DNA from: a virus | Lineage: Duplodnaviria > Caudoviricetes | Strand: one strand, 5' to 3' | Virus record (IMG/VR): IMGVR_UViG_3300033067_002210 | Span: 1 to 45,279 of that record | DNA length: 45,279 bases | Shown: positions 1 through 9,313 of the stretch, in pieces | Layout of the letters: each line of letters starts with the position of its first letter | How positions within the stretch are numbered: the stretch's first letter is position 1 | Made by a program: the position numbers and the translations under genes | Notes under the pieces: model-generated | What the model was told of the DNA's origin: nothing | Seen by the model: the letters and a program-made list of their open reading frames with translations, nothing else | Databases searched by the model: none

Positions 1-351
<351 letters not shown>

Positions 352-422
352 TCTGATAAATCAAGTATATCTTATGCAAAAATAGTTTGTACAGGTGAAC
401 CTAGTTTACAAAGGAGCCAATC

Positions 423-827
423 TTGGCCGCACAACCTCTGAACACCGACATTACTGTCCATTTGACAGTGCGGTCGTTTCGTCAGACACTCCGCAATGAG
501 TCTGTTGCGGCTCTGATTAAGCGACTTCGCCCGAACGTCATGATGGTCCCAGCCAACGAGATTCTCGTTGAGGTCAAGGCCCGTGACACTGCCTCCAAGG
601 ACTTCAGCCCGTACATGGGGCAGGCGAGTGCTACGGCTACTCGCGGCTTCCCCATTGTGGTCGGCCTGAAGGATCAGATGAGCTTCGCTCACGCCCAGGC
701 GTCCGTCGCCAACATCGATTTCGGATTCCGAATCGGTCAGGACTGGTTCCTCAAGAAGACCGCTGCCGGTTTGGCGGACGATCTCCACCAGGACCTGCGG
801 GACGTCAGCCTCGACATCGACGAGTAA
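423..827 (+). CDS. hypothetical protein, probably virion structural
   Basis: TTG start after AAGGAG; C-ending codon bias like the sheath gene; CAAAAATA motif at 377 upstream and a hairpin downstream. Confidence 0.75.
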   Translation: MAAQPLNTDITVHLTVRSFRQTLRNESVAALIKRLRPNVMMVPANEILVEVKARDTASKDFSPYMGQASATATRGFPIVVGLKDQMSFAHAQASVANIDFGFRIGQDWFLKKTAAGLADDLHQDLRDVSLDIDE

Positions 828-855
828 TCGCTGCCCAAGTGATACCCGCCGCGAT

Positions 856-885
856 GATGGCCTGTCATGCAAATGGCAGGCCATC
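856..885 (+). terminator. stem-loop after ORF 423-827
   Basis: GATGGCCTGTCAT-GCAA-ATGGCAGGCCATC, 13-bp stem with GNRA loop; no U-tract. Confidence 0.6.
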
Positions 886-922
886 GCCGTATCATGGGTA
901 AACATACTGTAGGAGATAAACC

Positions 923-1447
923 ATGAAATGGGTACCGTTCGTCGCACACGTAGAAGTAACACCATATCGCGGCACCCGCGTGGAAACGCTTCGAGCACTC
1001 CAAAAACTAGCCACCCTAGCCTATACTGAACTGTCTACGGACGCAACACTCAATATCGCAACGCCTGGTGGCGGTCAATTCCAATCATTTGGTGGAACTG
1101 ATGGTGGTGGGACCAGCGGCATTACACAAGGCTTCTCCATCAAGCCGCAAATAGGTGCCAGCCCACCGGCCATCAAGATCGCCGGATTTAATACCTCATC
1201 GGACGAAAATATTCAGGTGCAGCCGTCTACTCAGATTTATTCTGGTGGGACTGTATACTCTGGATATAAAAGCCACCCGCACGATTCTACCCCCACTTCA
1301 GCGTTCGATGCCGAAGTGAAAGCTCTGCGGACCAAACTCATCGCGGCCATGACATCCGCATTTCCCACTAATACTCCGTTCTCCATACTTCGAATTGAAT
1401 ATGGGAACGTGGTATATGGGGATGGTGGGTACCACTTCCCACAGTAG
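923..1447 (+). CDS. hypothetical protein (probable head/neck-associated)
   Basis: AGGAG SD, TAAACATA motif at 899, directly upstream of the neck gene. Confidence 0.7.
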   Translation: MKWVPFVAHVEVTPYRGTRVETLRALQKLATLAYTELSTDATLNIATPGGGQFQSFGGTDGGGTSGITQGFSIKPQIGASPPAIKIAGFNTSSDENIQVQPSTQIYSGGTVYSGYKSHPHDSTPTSAFDAEVKALRTKLIAAMTSAFPTNTPFSILRIEYGNVVYGDGGYHFPQ

Positions 1448-1455
1448 GCACCAAA

Positions 1456-2217
1456 ATGGCCATAATGGCACCGGCTGACTTACCAGCCGTAATGAAAGTT
1501 CATACCAACGAGATGAAGAAGTATGTCTTATCTCGTATGGGATATGGTGTAACAGAGGTCGAAATAAGTGAAGACCAGTTTGAAACTATCTGGCGCGTGG
1601 TCGGAGATTTCATAGCTGGCTACTTCCCCAGAGAGCAACGTTTAGCCACGTTCTGGACGACTCCCCTCAAATCGACATACCCGCTCCCTGTTGATGCCTA
1701 CTGGGTCCAAGAAGTGGCTTGGGACCCAGTTACCACACGCATCGACGATGTGTTCGGTGCTGAGTCATTTTTATTCAATATTGGTAATATTTCCGGAAGC
1801 CAAAATATGCTTCTGGATTATCACCTATTACAGGCATATAGAAAGTTCTCGCAGAAAGTTCTGGGAACCGAAGGTCACTGGGAAGTGATAAATGAAGTTA
1901 ATGGCGAGGCTAAAGATCAGCTTATTCGCTTGTACCCAACTCCTAAGGGGGCGTTCCCTGTAGTTGTATTGTATATTCCGGTGGTTACACATTTTAGAAG
2001 CCCCAAAGCTCGCCTCATTGCTTATGAGGCCATGTTAGCACAAGCTAAAATGTGCGTTGGAGCTTCTCGCCGGAAACTGACTGGAATGCCTACCCCTGAT
2101 GGTGGGTCTATCTCATATGATGGTGGGGATCTTGTAACTGAAGGACAGGCCGCTTGGGACAAATGTGTTGAAGATGCTATTGGCCAGGCCGAACCCCTTC
2201 AAGTTCACATCTGGTAA
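1456..2217 (+). CDS. neck / head-tail adaptor protein (T4 gp13-like)
   Basis: MKKYVLSRMGYGVTEVEISEDQ N-terminus, IRLYPTP, and C-terminal GASRRKLTGMPTPDGGSISYDGGDLVTEG match the gp13 pattern. Confidence 0.8.
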   Translation: MAIMAPADLPAVMKVHTNEMKKYVLSRMGYGVTEVEISEDQFETIWRVVGDFIAGYFPREQRLATFWTTPLKSTYPLPVDAYWVQEVAWDPVTTRIDDVFGAESFLFNIGNISGSQNMLLDYHLLQAYRKFSQKVLGTEGHWEVINEVNGEAKDQLIRLYPTPKGAFPVVVLYIPVVTHFRSPKARLIAYEAMLAQAKMCVGASRRKLTGMPTPDGGSISYDGGDLVTEGQAAWDKCVEDAIGQAEPLQVHIW

Positions 2218-2236
2218 CGTATTGTTTTAATATGTG

Positions 2237-2330
2237 GCCCTTGTAGTCTAGTGTGAGTGATGCCCGGCCCGATCCGTCAAGTCACGGGTGAGAAAGCCGG
2301 GATGCACGGGTTCGATTCCCGTCGAGGGCT
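2237..2330 (+). ncRNA. tRNA-like RNA with expanded anticodon arm (identity unassignable)
   Basis: acceptor stem GCCCTTG/CGAGGGC, TAG at positions 8-10, T-arm ACGGG-TTCGATT-CCCGT, stem CCCGGC/GCCGGG enclosing 27 nt; no encoded CCA. Confidence 0.7.
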
Positions 2331-2332
2331 TT

Positions 2333-2617
2333 ATGGACGATATAGCGATACTACACACGATCTGGGATGAGTTATCTGCCAGAGGTTTAGTGGTCCATGG
2401 TTGCTCCGCTATCAGACCATCCTATGTCTGGCGTAATACAAGCAGACCAATGATAGTTATCAGAGAATTCCTGTATATTGAAATATGCCAAGGAGACCTG
2501 CAAATTTCCTATAAGGGAGTTGTAGGAGAAAAGTCAGTAGCCATACATGATAACTTTTGCTTATCTGATCCAGAATGCCTTGAAATGGTATTCCAAAAAA
2601 TACAGAAACTAAAATAA
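2333..2617 (+). CDS. LxDP-family small protein (copy 1)
   Basis: start MDDIAILH aligns with the tandem paralogue; C-terminal FCLSDPECLEMVFQKI. Confidence 0.8.
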   Translation: MDDIAILHTIWDELSARGLVVHGCSAIRPSYVWRNTSRPMIVIREFLYIEICQGDLQISYKGVVGEKSVAIHDNFCLSDPECLEMVFQKIQKLK

Positions 2618-2895
2618 TGGACGATGTGTCGATATTACATGCGATCTGGGATGAGTTATCTGTTAGGGGTCTATTGGTTCCTGGTTATTCGACACTCAGA
2701 AGATCTTGCGATTATAAATGTCAGCCAATGATAGTTGTCAGACAATTTCAATATATTGACATGCAGGAAGGAAATATTAGAATTTCTAAAAAAGGATTCA
2801 TGAGGTTGATATACGATAGCTTTTGTTTGTCTGATCCAGAATGCATTGAGACGGTGCTCCAAAAGATACAAAAAGCTAATAATCAAATTTTATGA
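2617..2895 (+). CDS. LxDP-family small protein (copy 2, tandem duplicate)
   Basis: MDDVSILHAIWDELSVRGL...FCLSDPECIETVLQKI; clear nucleotide similarity to copy 1; TAATG coupling. Confidence 0.8.
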   Translation: MDDVSILHAIWDELSVRGLLVPGYSTLRRSCDYKCQPMIVVRQFQYIDMQEGNIRISKKGFMRLIYDSFCLSDPECIETVLQKIQKANNQIL

Positions 2896-2896
2896 T

Positions 2897-3397
2897 ATGG
2901 CGTACGGCATCACACAGAATCTGCAATTAGAGATTATTCCTGGGGCTGGAGGCGGTAAAATCCTCGTCCCAGGCTGTGAACCGACTACGTCTTTATCTTC
3001 CAAAGCACTATCCAGCTATCTGGCTAAAATAGGTTGCGGTTCGGCCTTGGTGGATGTTTCGGTAGCCTTGGAACACATCCCAGGTTCATATATCAAGTTC
3101 GGAATAAACTTCAATCGCGGATATCGCCAGAAGTGGTTCGTCCTGCCACCAATAGGTTTGGATTGTCCGTGTGAGAAATACGAAGACTTCTATAAAATTT
3201 TGAAGAGCTTAGCCAATACTGAGCTTCCGCTGCGTGAAGACTACAGTATGTGCGACATAAATGGTATGGGTTTTTGCCCGTCTCCAGATTTCGACACTGT
3301 AGAACCACCGCCAGCCAGTCCCTATCAGCCAGAGGGTACGTTCCCGGAAGGTGCCGGTGTATTGCCGCCTGTGCCGCCGTGGGCTTTGCCACCATAG
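2897..3397 (+). CDS. hypothetical Cys/Pro-rich protein
   Basis: ATG at 2897 (MAYGITQ) right after the previous stop; Pro-rich C-terminus. Confidence 0.65.
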   Translation: MAYGITQNLQLEIIPGAGGGKILVPGCEPTTSLSSKALSSYLAKIGCGSALVDVSVALEHIPGSYIKFGINFNRGYRQKWFVLPPIGLDCPCEKYEDFYKILKSLANTELPLREDYSMCDINGMGFCPSPDFDTVEPPPASPYQPEGTFPEGAGVLPPVPPWALPP

Positions 3398-3400
3398 GGG

Positions 3401-3733
3401 ATGTCTTGTATGGATGTGAGTTTAGAACTGATACAAGAATTTATATCGCAGGCCGGATTCGTTGGTGTCATACAATCAATGGAATTTGGTGTCAATGACA
3501 GTACATTCAATTGGATAACTGTTAGAAATCCGTCTAAAAATTCGGCTTGTACATCTATTTCAATTAATGGCTCTGATATAATACTATCGTCAAACTCTGT
3601 GAGGTTTATTGATGAGATGACTATATCGTTGTGTGATCCAACTTGCCTCGAGCAGATCATCAAATATATTATCAGAATCGATAAAATTCCGTCTTCTAAA
3701 ATTATTAACAAAACTTTTGATACTCTCTCCTAA
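3401..3733 (+). CDS. LxDP-family small protein (copy 3)
   Basis: LELIQEFISQAGF...ISLCDPTCLEQIIKYI; AT-rich. Confidence 0.7.
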   Translation: MSCMDVSLELIQEFISQAGFVGVIQSMEFGVNDSTFNWITVRNPSKNSACTSISINGSDIILSSNSVRFIDEMTISLCDPTCLEQIIKYIIRIDKIPSSKIINKTFDTLS

Positions 3734-3755
3734 AATATATTTTTAGGAGAATCAT

Positions 3756-4394
3756 ATGCCATTATATCGCTTCGGTGTCGATACAGGACAAGCAGGGGCA
3801 GACATCTTCGACTCTGCTCATGAGTCCTTTCGTTCTGCGTCTGAACAACGACATACTCCCGTAGCCATATACGATCTTGAAAGTTATGACCTCAAGATGG
3901 CCCGACAGCTGGCCGATGAAATCATAAACGTTTCTGGAGCCGAAGTAAACATTTATATCCGTACCGACAACGCCGACTTCGATTCTGTGTGGGACGAAGA
4001 CCCCGACCCCACATACTGGCAGAAAGTGCCCATGAAGGCATTTTTCAAGCCGACTCCGTTAGAGACAGAATTGAAAAAGTGGGGTGGTGACACCATTAAC
4101 AAGGCAGAAGTCGTTTTCAGCCATAGACATCTGTTCTTAGAGTTTGGAGAGCGTATGCTGCGGACTGGGGACGTCCTGCAGCTTCCATATAATGCCGCCA
4201 ACAATTCGTTGACTCCCAAGAACTATCGAATCGTAAATTGCACGCCATCCGGCAACTTCCGGTACACGTGGTTATACTATTCGTGTGCCGTTGAAACATT
4301 GACGGCTGACGTCACTGTCCGCCCAGATGACATGGACCATATGCCAGTGGATGAGGCGATTCGCTCTGGGGGACAATATCGTGAAAGTATCTGA
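3756..4394 (+). CDS. neck / head closure protein (T4 gp14-like)
   Basis: ADEIINVSGAEVNIY, DSVWDEDP, LKKWG, RTGDVLQLP fit the gp14 pattern; AGGAG SD; position between gp13-like and gp15-like genes. Confidence 0.7.
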   Translation: MPLYRFGVDTGQAGADIFDSAHESFRSASEQRHTPVAIYDLESYDLKMARQLADEIINVSGAEVNIYIRTDNADFDSVWDEDPDPTYWQKVPMKAFFKPTPLETELKKWGGDTINKAEVVFSHRHLFLEFGERMLRTGDVLQLPYNAANNSLTPKNYRIVNCTPSGNFRYTWLYYSCAVETLTADVTVRPDDMDHMPVDEAIRSGGQYRESI

Positions 4395-4653
4395 TCAGAT
4401 TTCGATGATCAAAAAGCAATCGGAGGTTCGGAAACATTCGTTTCTGAATCAGATTGCCAATGCTATCATTAGTAAAATCAATGCTGATGTGCACATACCT
4501 CTAAAAATGGTTGGCAAGACCGTTTCTAATGGCACCATTTCTGTTACTATTGTTGGGCAGTTGGCCAATCCAGATCCAGACGTTTCGGATAAAATTAGGG
4601 TTGTGCTTGATGAATTACGAAACCCGGCTTCTATATCAGCATTGGTTAAATAA
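4381..4653 (+). CDS. hypothetical protein
   Basis: GTG start overlapping the previous gene; TAATG coupling to the next gene. Confidence 0.55.
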   Translation: MKVSDQISMIKKQSEVRKHSFLNQIANAIISKINADVHIPLKMVGKTVSNGTISVTIVGQLANPDPDVSDKIRVVLDELRNPASISALVK

Positions 4654-5474
4654 TGCCAGCTTATGATTTCGGGTTACATGCTCATCCGGAACTCCAACAG
4701 GATCTTCCGTTTGGTGCCAAAGAGATTCCTGGTCTTCGACAATTATCTCATGTTGAAGGCGGTCGCAAACCCGTAGATGGTACGGAGTTCCTTGAGTATC
4801 CGTATCATTTAGAAGAATTCTTGATGCCGGGTTTCCGGTCTCTAGATGATGCTATGAAGCAGTACTGGTCTGGGATTAGAGTTCCGACCAAGGATTCATA
4901 TCGCCTGATGCGTGTGAAGATTTCTGGCGGTGATAAGAGCTTGTTGATATGGGCTGATGATTTAAAGGAAGGTCGTGCTCGACTGCCGGTGGCTGCCGTG
5001 AGCCGAACATCGCACGAATTCAACAGCCAGAAGTTTAGTCCGGCGTATCATGCCATGACTGCCCGGTATTTGAGCACTCGTGGAAATCTGGCTGCTAGAG
5101 TATATCGTCCTGTTCCGTTTAACGTAGAGTATGAAGTTACGATTTGGGCGGAACACAAACGGGATGCCGAATATATCATTTACCAGATACTGACCAGATT
5201 CAATCCGCTGGCTGAATTTCGTATGTTCGATGGGAAGCTGGAGGGGAATGTTCAGCTTTTGTATAAGGGGTGTGTGGATGCCAGCGACAAGGAAACAGGG
5301 TTCGATCAGCAGGCTAGCGTGAGGTATGAGGTGACCGTTACTGCTGAAGCATGGTTGCCATTGCCTGAGAAGGTGGTACCGACTGTCTTAGGACAAGTAA
5401 ATACTTTCCGCGAGACCGTTGGTGAGATTCTGACTGACACTGTTTCATCTATTGTTGGGCCTGGACTGCGGTAA
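4653..5474 (+). CDS. tail terminator / sheath stabiliser (T4 gp15-like)
   Basis: RLPVAAVSR, PVPFNVEYEVTIWAE..RDAEYIIYQILTRFNP, YEVTVTAEAWL match the gp15 pattern. Confidence 0.8.
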   Translation: MPAYDFGLHAHPELQQDLPFGAKEIPGLRQLSHVEGGRKPVDGTEFLEYPYHLEEFLMPGFRSLDDAMKQYWSGIRVPTKDSYRLMRVKISGGDKSLLIWADDLKEGRARLPVAAVSRTSHEFNSQKFSPAYHAMTARYLSTRGNLAARVYRPVPFNVEYEVTIWAEHKRDAEYIIYQILTRFNPLAEFRMFDGKLEGNVQLLYKGCVDASDKETGFDQQASVRYEVTVTAEAWLPLPEKVVPTVLGQVNTFRETVGEILTDTVSSIVGPGLR

Positions 5475-5692
5475 TGACCAATCACAAGATTAAATTGTAC
5501 AATTGTTCGACCCAGATGATTGGGATTCAGGTGCGTCCGCCAGAATCCGAATTTTATACTGGCGAAGGTCAGATCCGCTTAGAGCCGGGCAAAGAAGTCT
5601 TGCTGCCGAAGTCGCACGTACGGATGGAACAGATCGACAATCTCCAAAAGCGTCGTATGCTGCGTGTGCTGTATGACAGCGAGTCGGCGTAA
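5474..5692 (+). CDS. small hypothetical protein, probably structural
   Basis: TAATG coupling to the gp15-like gene; 72 aa. Confidence 0.65.
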   Translation: MTNHKIKLYNCSTQMIGIQVRPPESEFYTGEGQIRLEPGKEVLLPKSHVRMEQIDNLQKRRMLRVLYDSESA

Positions 5693-5885
5693 TTTCGATA
5701 AGATAAACAAGCGCCGAATCTTCCTTATTATGAAAAGGTTTAAGGAAGGTCTGTCTCAAGGCGAAGAAGATGAGCTGGCCATACTTGTACATGAGTATCG
5801 TAAGCTTGTAAATATTTTATTTCCACGGCCAATCAGAATACCATTGGAGGCGATAGACCATGAGCAGTTTGACATTCTACCTTAG
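5664..5885 (+). CDS. small hypothetical protein (start uncertain)
   Basis: fills the gap between neighbours; helical GLSQGEEDELAIL segment. Confidence 0.35.
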   Translation: MCCMTASRRNFDKINKRRIFLIMKRFKEGLSQGEEDELAILVHEYRKLVNILFPRPIRIPLEAIDHEQFDILP

Positions 5886-6048
5886 GAACGATAACGGAAA
5901 CGTCGTTATTGAAAGCTCTACTGATGAGTCTTATATAGACACATCCAAAGGATTTGTGAGAAGGTTGCCAGAAGTTACAGCTGATATCTGCAAAAACGGC
6001 ATACCACAAGAACTCATCGACAAGCTGCAATCAGAAATCGCAGCATAA
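5860..6048 (+). CDS. small hypothetical protein
   Basis: GGAGG SD upstream of ATG; 62 aa. Confidence 0.6.
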   Translation: MSSLTFYLRNDNGNVVIESSTDESYIDTSKGFVRRLPEVTADICKNGIPQELIDKLQSEIAA

Positions 6049-6087
6049 TCCATAAATCTCCTTCTAGTTGCCATCTTTGATCCCATG

Positions 6088-6095
6088 CAAAGATA
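6088..6095 (+). promoter_or_regulatory. putative late promoter motif YAAANATA (example site)
   Basis: CAAAGATA ahead of the sheath SD; same motif before genes at 377, 899, 9045, 10020, 17061, 22467, 26100, 42498. Confidence 0.55.
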
Positions 6096-6125
6096 TATCA
6101 ACTAACATTGTAAGGAGAATACTCG

Positions 6126-8972
6126 ATGGCAGCCTTTTTATCACCAGGTGTTTTCCCAAGGGAAATCGATTTAAGCGTGATCCCTTCGTCAGCTGGTCCT
6201 CTGCGACCAGCTTTCATCGGGGCTGCAAAAAAGGGGCCGATGAATGAAGTGGTTTTCATCACTTCTGCCCAACAGTACGTTGATACCTTCGGGGAACCAT
6301 TCCCAGAATCATATTTGGGATATGCGGTCATCGCCTTCTTCGAAGAAGGCAACCAGTGTTACGTCATGCGAGTCGGTGTGGAATGTGAAGACGGGCAAGA
6401 CCCGATCCTCGCCGACATCTGCGTGGACACCAGTGGTTCACGAGGAGCTGGTTGGGGTCGCATCCCGGTTTTCACCGGAATCGACTATGGACGCATCAAT
6501 CTGCGAGCCGTATCAACCACCAAACCGCTGACGTTCCACGACTCAGCAGTAGCCGATACTTCCTACCATGACGCTACCGTCTCTTCGACAGACGGAGCGA
6601 CAACGGCGGCCATCTCCACGACCGGAACGTACACCGGTGCTATTGACGACACGTTCACAATGATCATCACCAGTGCTCCGACGGTGTCGGACGCTGCCAA
6701 GATCGACGGGGCCGGATTCCAGGTCATCCGCAATAGCGACGGCGAAGTGATCGCTAGCGGATTGCTGGTGGACGACAATGCCGACGGTGTTTCCAACTAC
6801 GTCAGTCTTGGAAACGGCCTGTCCGTCAGAGTCACCGTTACAGCTGGTGTTCTGGACGAAAACGACACGTTCACATTCAGCGTGCGACCGGCCAACCGCA
6901 AGTTCACAATTTCCGTCAACGGTGCGACCGGCGTCGAATACACGATGCCTGCCACCTCATACACGACGGCAGCCGCTTTCGTCACCGCATTCAATGCCCT
7001 GCTGAGCAGCGAACACTATCTGCTGGTGGAATACACGCTGGCTGATGGATCTACCATCCCACAGCTTCGAACGACTGTGGCCGGTAGCCGTATTCAGCTG
7101 ATGGGTTCGGAAGCTTTTGCTCTGGAAGTGGGTTCCCAACTGTACGCCTGGGACATCCCCCGGTCGTATCTGCTGGGTCTCGACTCCGGCACCTTCGACA
7201 TCACCGCCCAGAACAATCGCGTCAAGATCAACGTCATCAGCGATTCAGAGACCAACACCGTGGAGTTCACGGTACCGGTTGGTAACGATCAGACGGTGGC
7301 TTCGGTCGCCGGTGTGATTGATGCTGCTGGCATCGTGTCTGGCGTGAACTACTGGGATTCATTCGCCCTGACTGTGCCTGGTGGTGCCACGCATGTTGTG
7401 ATTGTGGTGGCTGACGACTACGAGTTGAGTACCTTGCAGGTACTGGCGAATTACTCGAACCTCAAGACCCTGCATTTCGCCGAAACACTCAACATCCCGT
7501 ACCCGTACAAACGGTCTTACCGGGGCTTCTCTGACAACCGGCTGGTGCTCCCCGACTCGGGGGCCATCACCTCGGCCACGCCTCTCTCGTGCGAAACGGA
7601 CCCCAGCGGCGACGATTGTGCTCTGGATACGGCCTACTTCGCCAGTATCGTGGGATGGTTTGTCGCACCGTCCGCCGGTACATGGGTGGATGGGTATACG
7701 GTCACCATGGAAGTGTTCACCGAGGGTCTCGGGAATATCTCCGGTCGGTATAAGCTGACAATCCGGGATGCTGCTACTTCTGTGCTGGACGTCATCCAAG
7801 ACGTGACGTTCGACAAGACTCTCGACCGGTACGTTGGAAATGTTCTGAATCCTGGTACCAAGTATGGTGGCGTGAACGGTAACGCTTACCTGAACTGGGA
7901 CGAACGCCCGGCATTCCTCGACAACGATCCGAACACTGCCGACTACACCGTTCGGTACCCGTCGCAGTTTTCGGCCAAGACCTTCAATGGTCAGGCCAAC
8001 GGAATTCCGACTGATCCGGCTTTCTCGAGTTCGCTCGATTCGGCTGTCATTGGCAATCCCGCCACGAGCACTGGGCTGTACGCCTTCCAGAATCCAGAAG
8101 CTTACGACATCAACCTGTTGGCGGTTCCTGGCTTCTCGACCGGTGCCGTGATTGGTACCGGTCTGCAGGTGTGCGAAGCTCGTGGTGACGTGCTGTACAT
8201 CGTTGATCCGCCGTTCGGATTGCGTCCGCAGCAGGTTGTCGACTGGCACAACGGCATGTTGGTGTCGGATCTGAATGCGGCGATCAACAGCAGCTACGGT
8301 GCTCTGTACTGGAGCTGGTTGCAGATCAACGATCAGTTCGGTGGAAACAAGATTTGGATTCCGCCAAGCGGACACGTGACGGCTGTCTTCAGCCGAACCG
8401 CTCGCGACACTGAACAGTGGTTCTCACCAGCCGGCCTGCGTCGTGGTCGGCTGTTGACGGCTCTGGATGTCGAATACTCTCCGTCGCGTGGTGAGCAGGA
8501 TCTGCTGTACGGGTCGGGGAATGCTGTCAACCCAGTGATCAAGTTCCCGCAGGACGGTATCACGGTGTGGGGTCAACGGACCCTGCAGCGGACGGATTCG
8601 GCTCTGAACCGAATTTCGGTGCGGATGCTCTTGATTTACATCAAGAAGAATCTGACGCGGACGCTGCGGACGTTCATTCACGAACCGAACGACCGGATTC
8701 TGTGGCGGCAGGTGGAAGCGACGATCAATCCGTTCTTGGCTGATATTCAGTCGCGGCGTGGCCTGCAGGCATACAGTGTGGTTGTGAATGAATCCAACAA
8801 CACTCCGGAGCGTGGTGATCGTGGCGAATTGTGGGTCTCGATCTTCCTGAAGCCGGAGCGGACTGTGGAGTTCATCGCTCTGAACCTGGTTACTCTCCGC
8901 ACTGGTGCTAGCTTCTCGGCTGAGGAGGTTCTGGCGGCTGGCGGTATTGTGACGGCTGCGACTGCGACGTAA
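6126..8972 (+). CDS. contractile tail sheath protein (T4 gp18-like)
   Basis: FLSPGVFPREID, AFIGAAKKGP, YGALYWSW, WIPPSG, WFSPAGLRRG, VNPVIKFP, VWGQRTL, LNRISVRML, FIHEPND, LKPERTVEFI. Confidence 0.97.
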   Translation: MAAFLSPGVFPREIDLSVIPSSAGPLRPAFIGAAKKGPMNEVVFITSAQQYVDTFGEPFPESYLGYAVIAFFEEGNQCYVMRVGVECEDGQDPILADICVDTSGSRGAGWGRIPVFTGIDYGRINLRAVSTTKPLTFHDSAVADTSYHDATVSSTDGATTAAISTTGTYTGAIDDTFTMIITSAPTVSDAAKIDGAGFQVIRNSDGEVIASGLLVDDNADGVSNYVSLGNGLSVRVTVTAGVLDENDTFTFSVRPANRKFTISVNGATGVEYTMPATSYTTAAAFVTAFNALLSSEHYLLVEYTLADGSTIPQLRTTVAGSRIQLMGSEAFALEVGSQLYAWDIPRSYLLGLDSGTFDITAQNNRVKINVISDSETNTVEFTVPVGNDQTVASVAGVIDAAGIVSGVNYWDSFALTVPGGATHVVIVVADDYELSTLQVLANYSNLKTLHFAETLNIPYPYKRSYRGFSDNRLVLPDSGAITSATPLSCETDPSGDDCALDTAYFASIVGWFVAPSAGTWVDGYTVTMEVFTEGLGNISGRYKLTIRDAATSVLDVIQDVTFDKTLDRYVGNVLNPGTKYGGVNGNAYLNWDERPAFLDNDPNTADYTVRYPSQFSAKTFNGQANGIPTDPAFSSSLDSAVIGNPATSTGLYAFQNPEAYDINLLAVPGFSTGAVIGTGLQVCEARGDVLYIVDPPFGLRPQQVVDWHNGMLVSDLNAAINSSYGALYWSWLQINDQFGGNKIWIPPSGHVTAVFSRTARDTEQWFSPAGLRRGRLLTALDVEYSPSRGEQDLLYGSGNAVNPVIKFPQDGITVWGQRTLQRTDSALNRISVRMLLIYIKKNLTRTLRTFIHEPNDRILWRQVEATINPFLADIQSRRGLQAYSVVVNESNNTPERGDRGELWVSIFLKPERTVEFIALNLVTLRTGASFSAEEVLAAGGIVTAATAT

Positions 8973-8979
8973 TGATTCT

Positions 8980-9009
8980 GGGCCGCCAGTAATATTTTAC
9001 TGGCGGCCC
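8980..9009 (+). terminator. stem-loop after the sheath gene
   Basis: GGGCCGCCAGTAA-TATT-TTACTGGCGGCCC, perfect 13-bp stem. Confidence 0.75.
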
Positions 9010-9081
9010 TTGTCGTATATGGTAGGTGAGCTGTTCAAACAGGTCAAATATAAAACGGGTTTCTACTCAAGGAGATATCAC

Positions 9082-9258
9082 ATGAAGAAGCTGCTCGTAG
9101 TTTGCGCTCTGGTGCTCGCTGGTTTCGCTTTCGAAGTTCCACAGGCTGAAGCCAATGGCGGTCGTGCTGCCGTTGTGGTTCAGAGCCGTGGCCGTCGAGT
9201 TCAGCGGGTGCGTGTCCAGAACGTTCGTGGTGGTGTCCAGCGAATCGTCGTTCGCTAA
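9082..9258 (+). CDS. small secreted cationic peptide (signal peptide plus Arg/Val-rich mature part)
   Basis: AAGGAG SD; MKKLLVVCALVLAGFAFEVPQAEA signal-like with AxA site; mature part has 9 Arg and no acidic residue. Confidence 0.8.
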   Translation: MKKLLVVCALVLAGFAFEVPQAEANGGRAAVVVQSRGRRVQRVRVQNVRGGVQRIVVR

Positions 9259-9265
9259 TCGCACT

Positions 9266-9300
9266 AGAGCCATTGGTTAGGTCGCCTGATCAATGGCTCT
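9266..9300 (+). terminator. stem-loop between convergent genes
   Basis: AGAGCCATTGGTTAGG-TCG-CCTGATCAATGGCTCT, 16 bp including G-U pairs. Confidence 0.7.
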
Positions 9301-9313
9301 TGTCGTATTACCA

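Noticed and set aside
2288-2332. N-terminal extension MRKPGCTGSIPVEGF of the first LxDP ORF
   Set aside because: It is the tRNA-like T-arm read in frame; the paralogue starts at MDD
2333-2895. Diversity-generating retroelement TR/VR pair
   Set aside because: Differences between the copies are not adenine-specific and include indels; no reverse transcriptase in the window
4381-4653. Ninth LxDP-family member (ANPDPDVSDKI)
   Set aside because: Motif spacing differs and the gene is coupled within the neck operon
7359-8375. 338-aa antisense ORF inside the sheath gene (also 372-998 and others)
   Set aside because: Shadow ORFs arising from codon bias of the sense gene; no motifs or RBS
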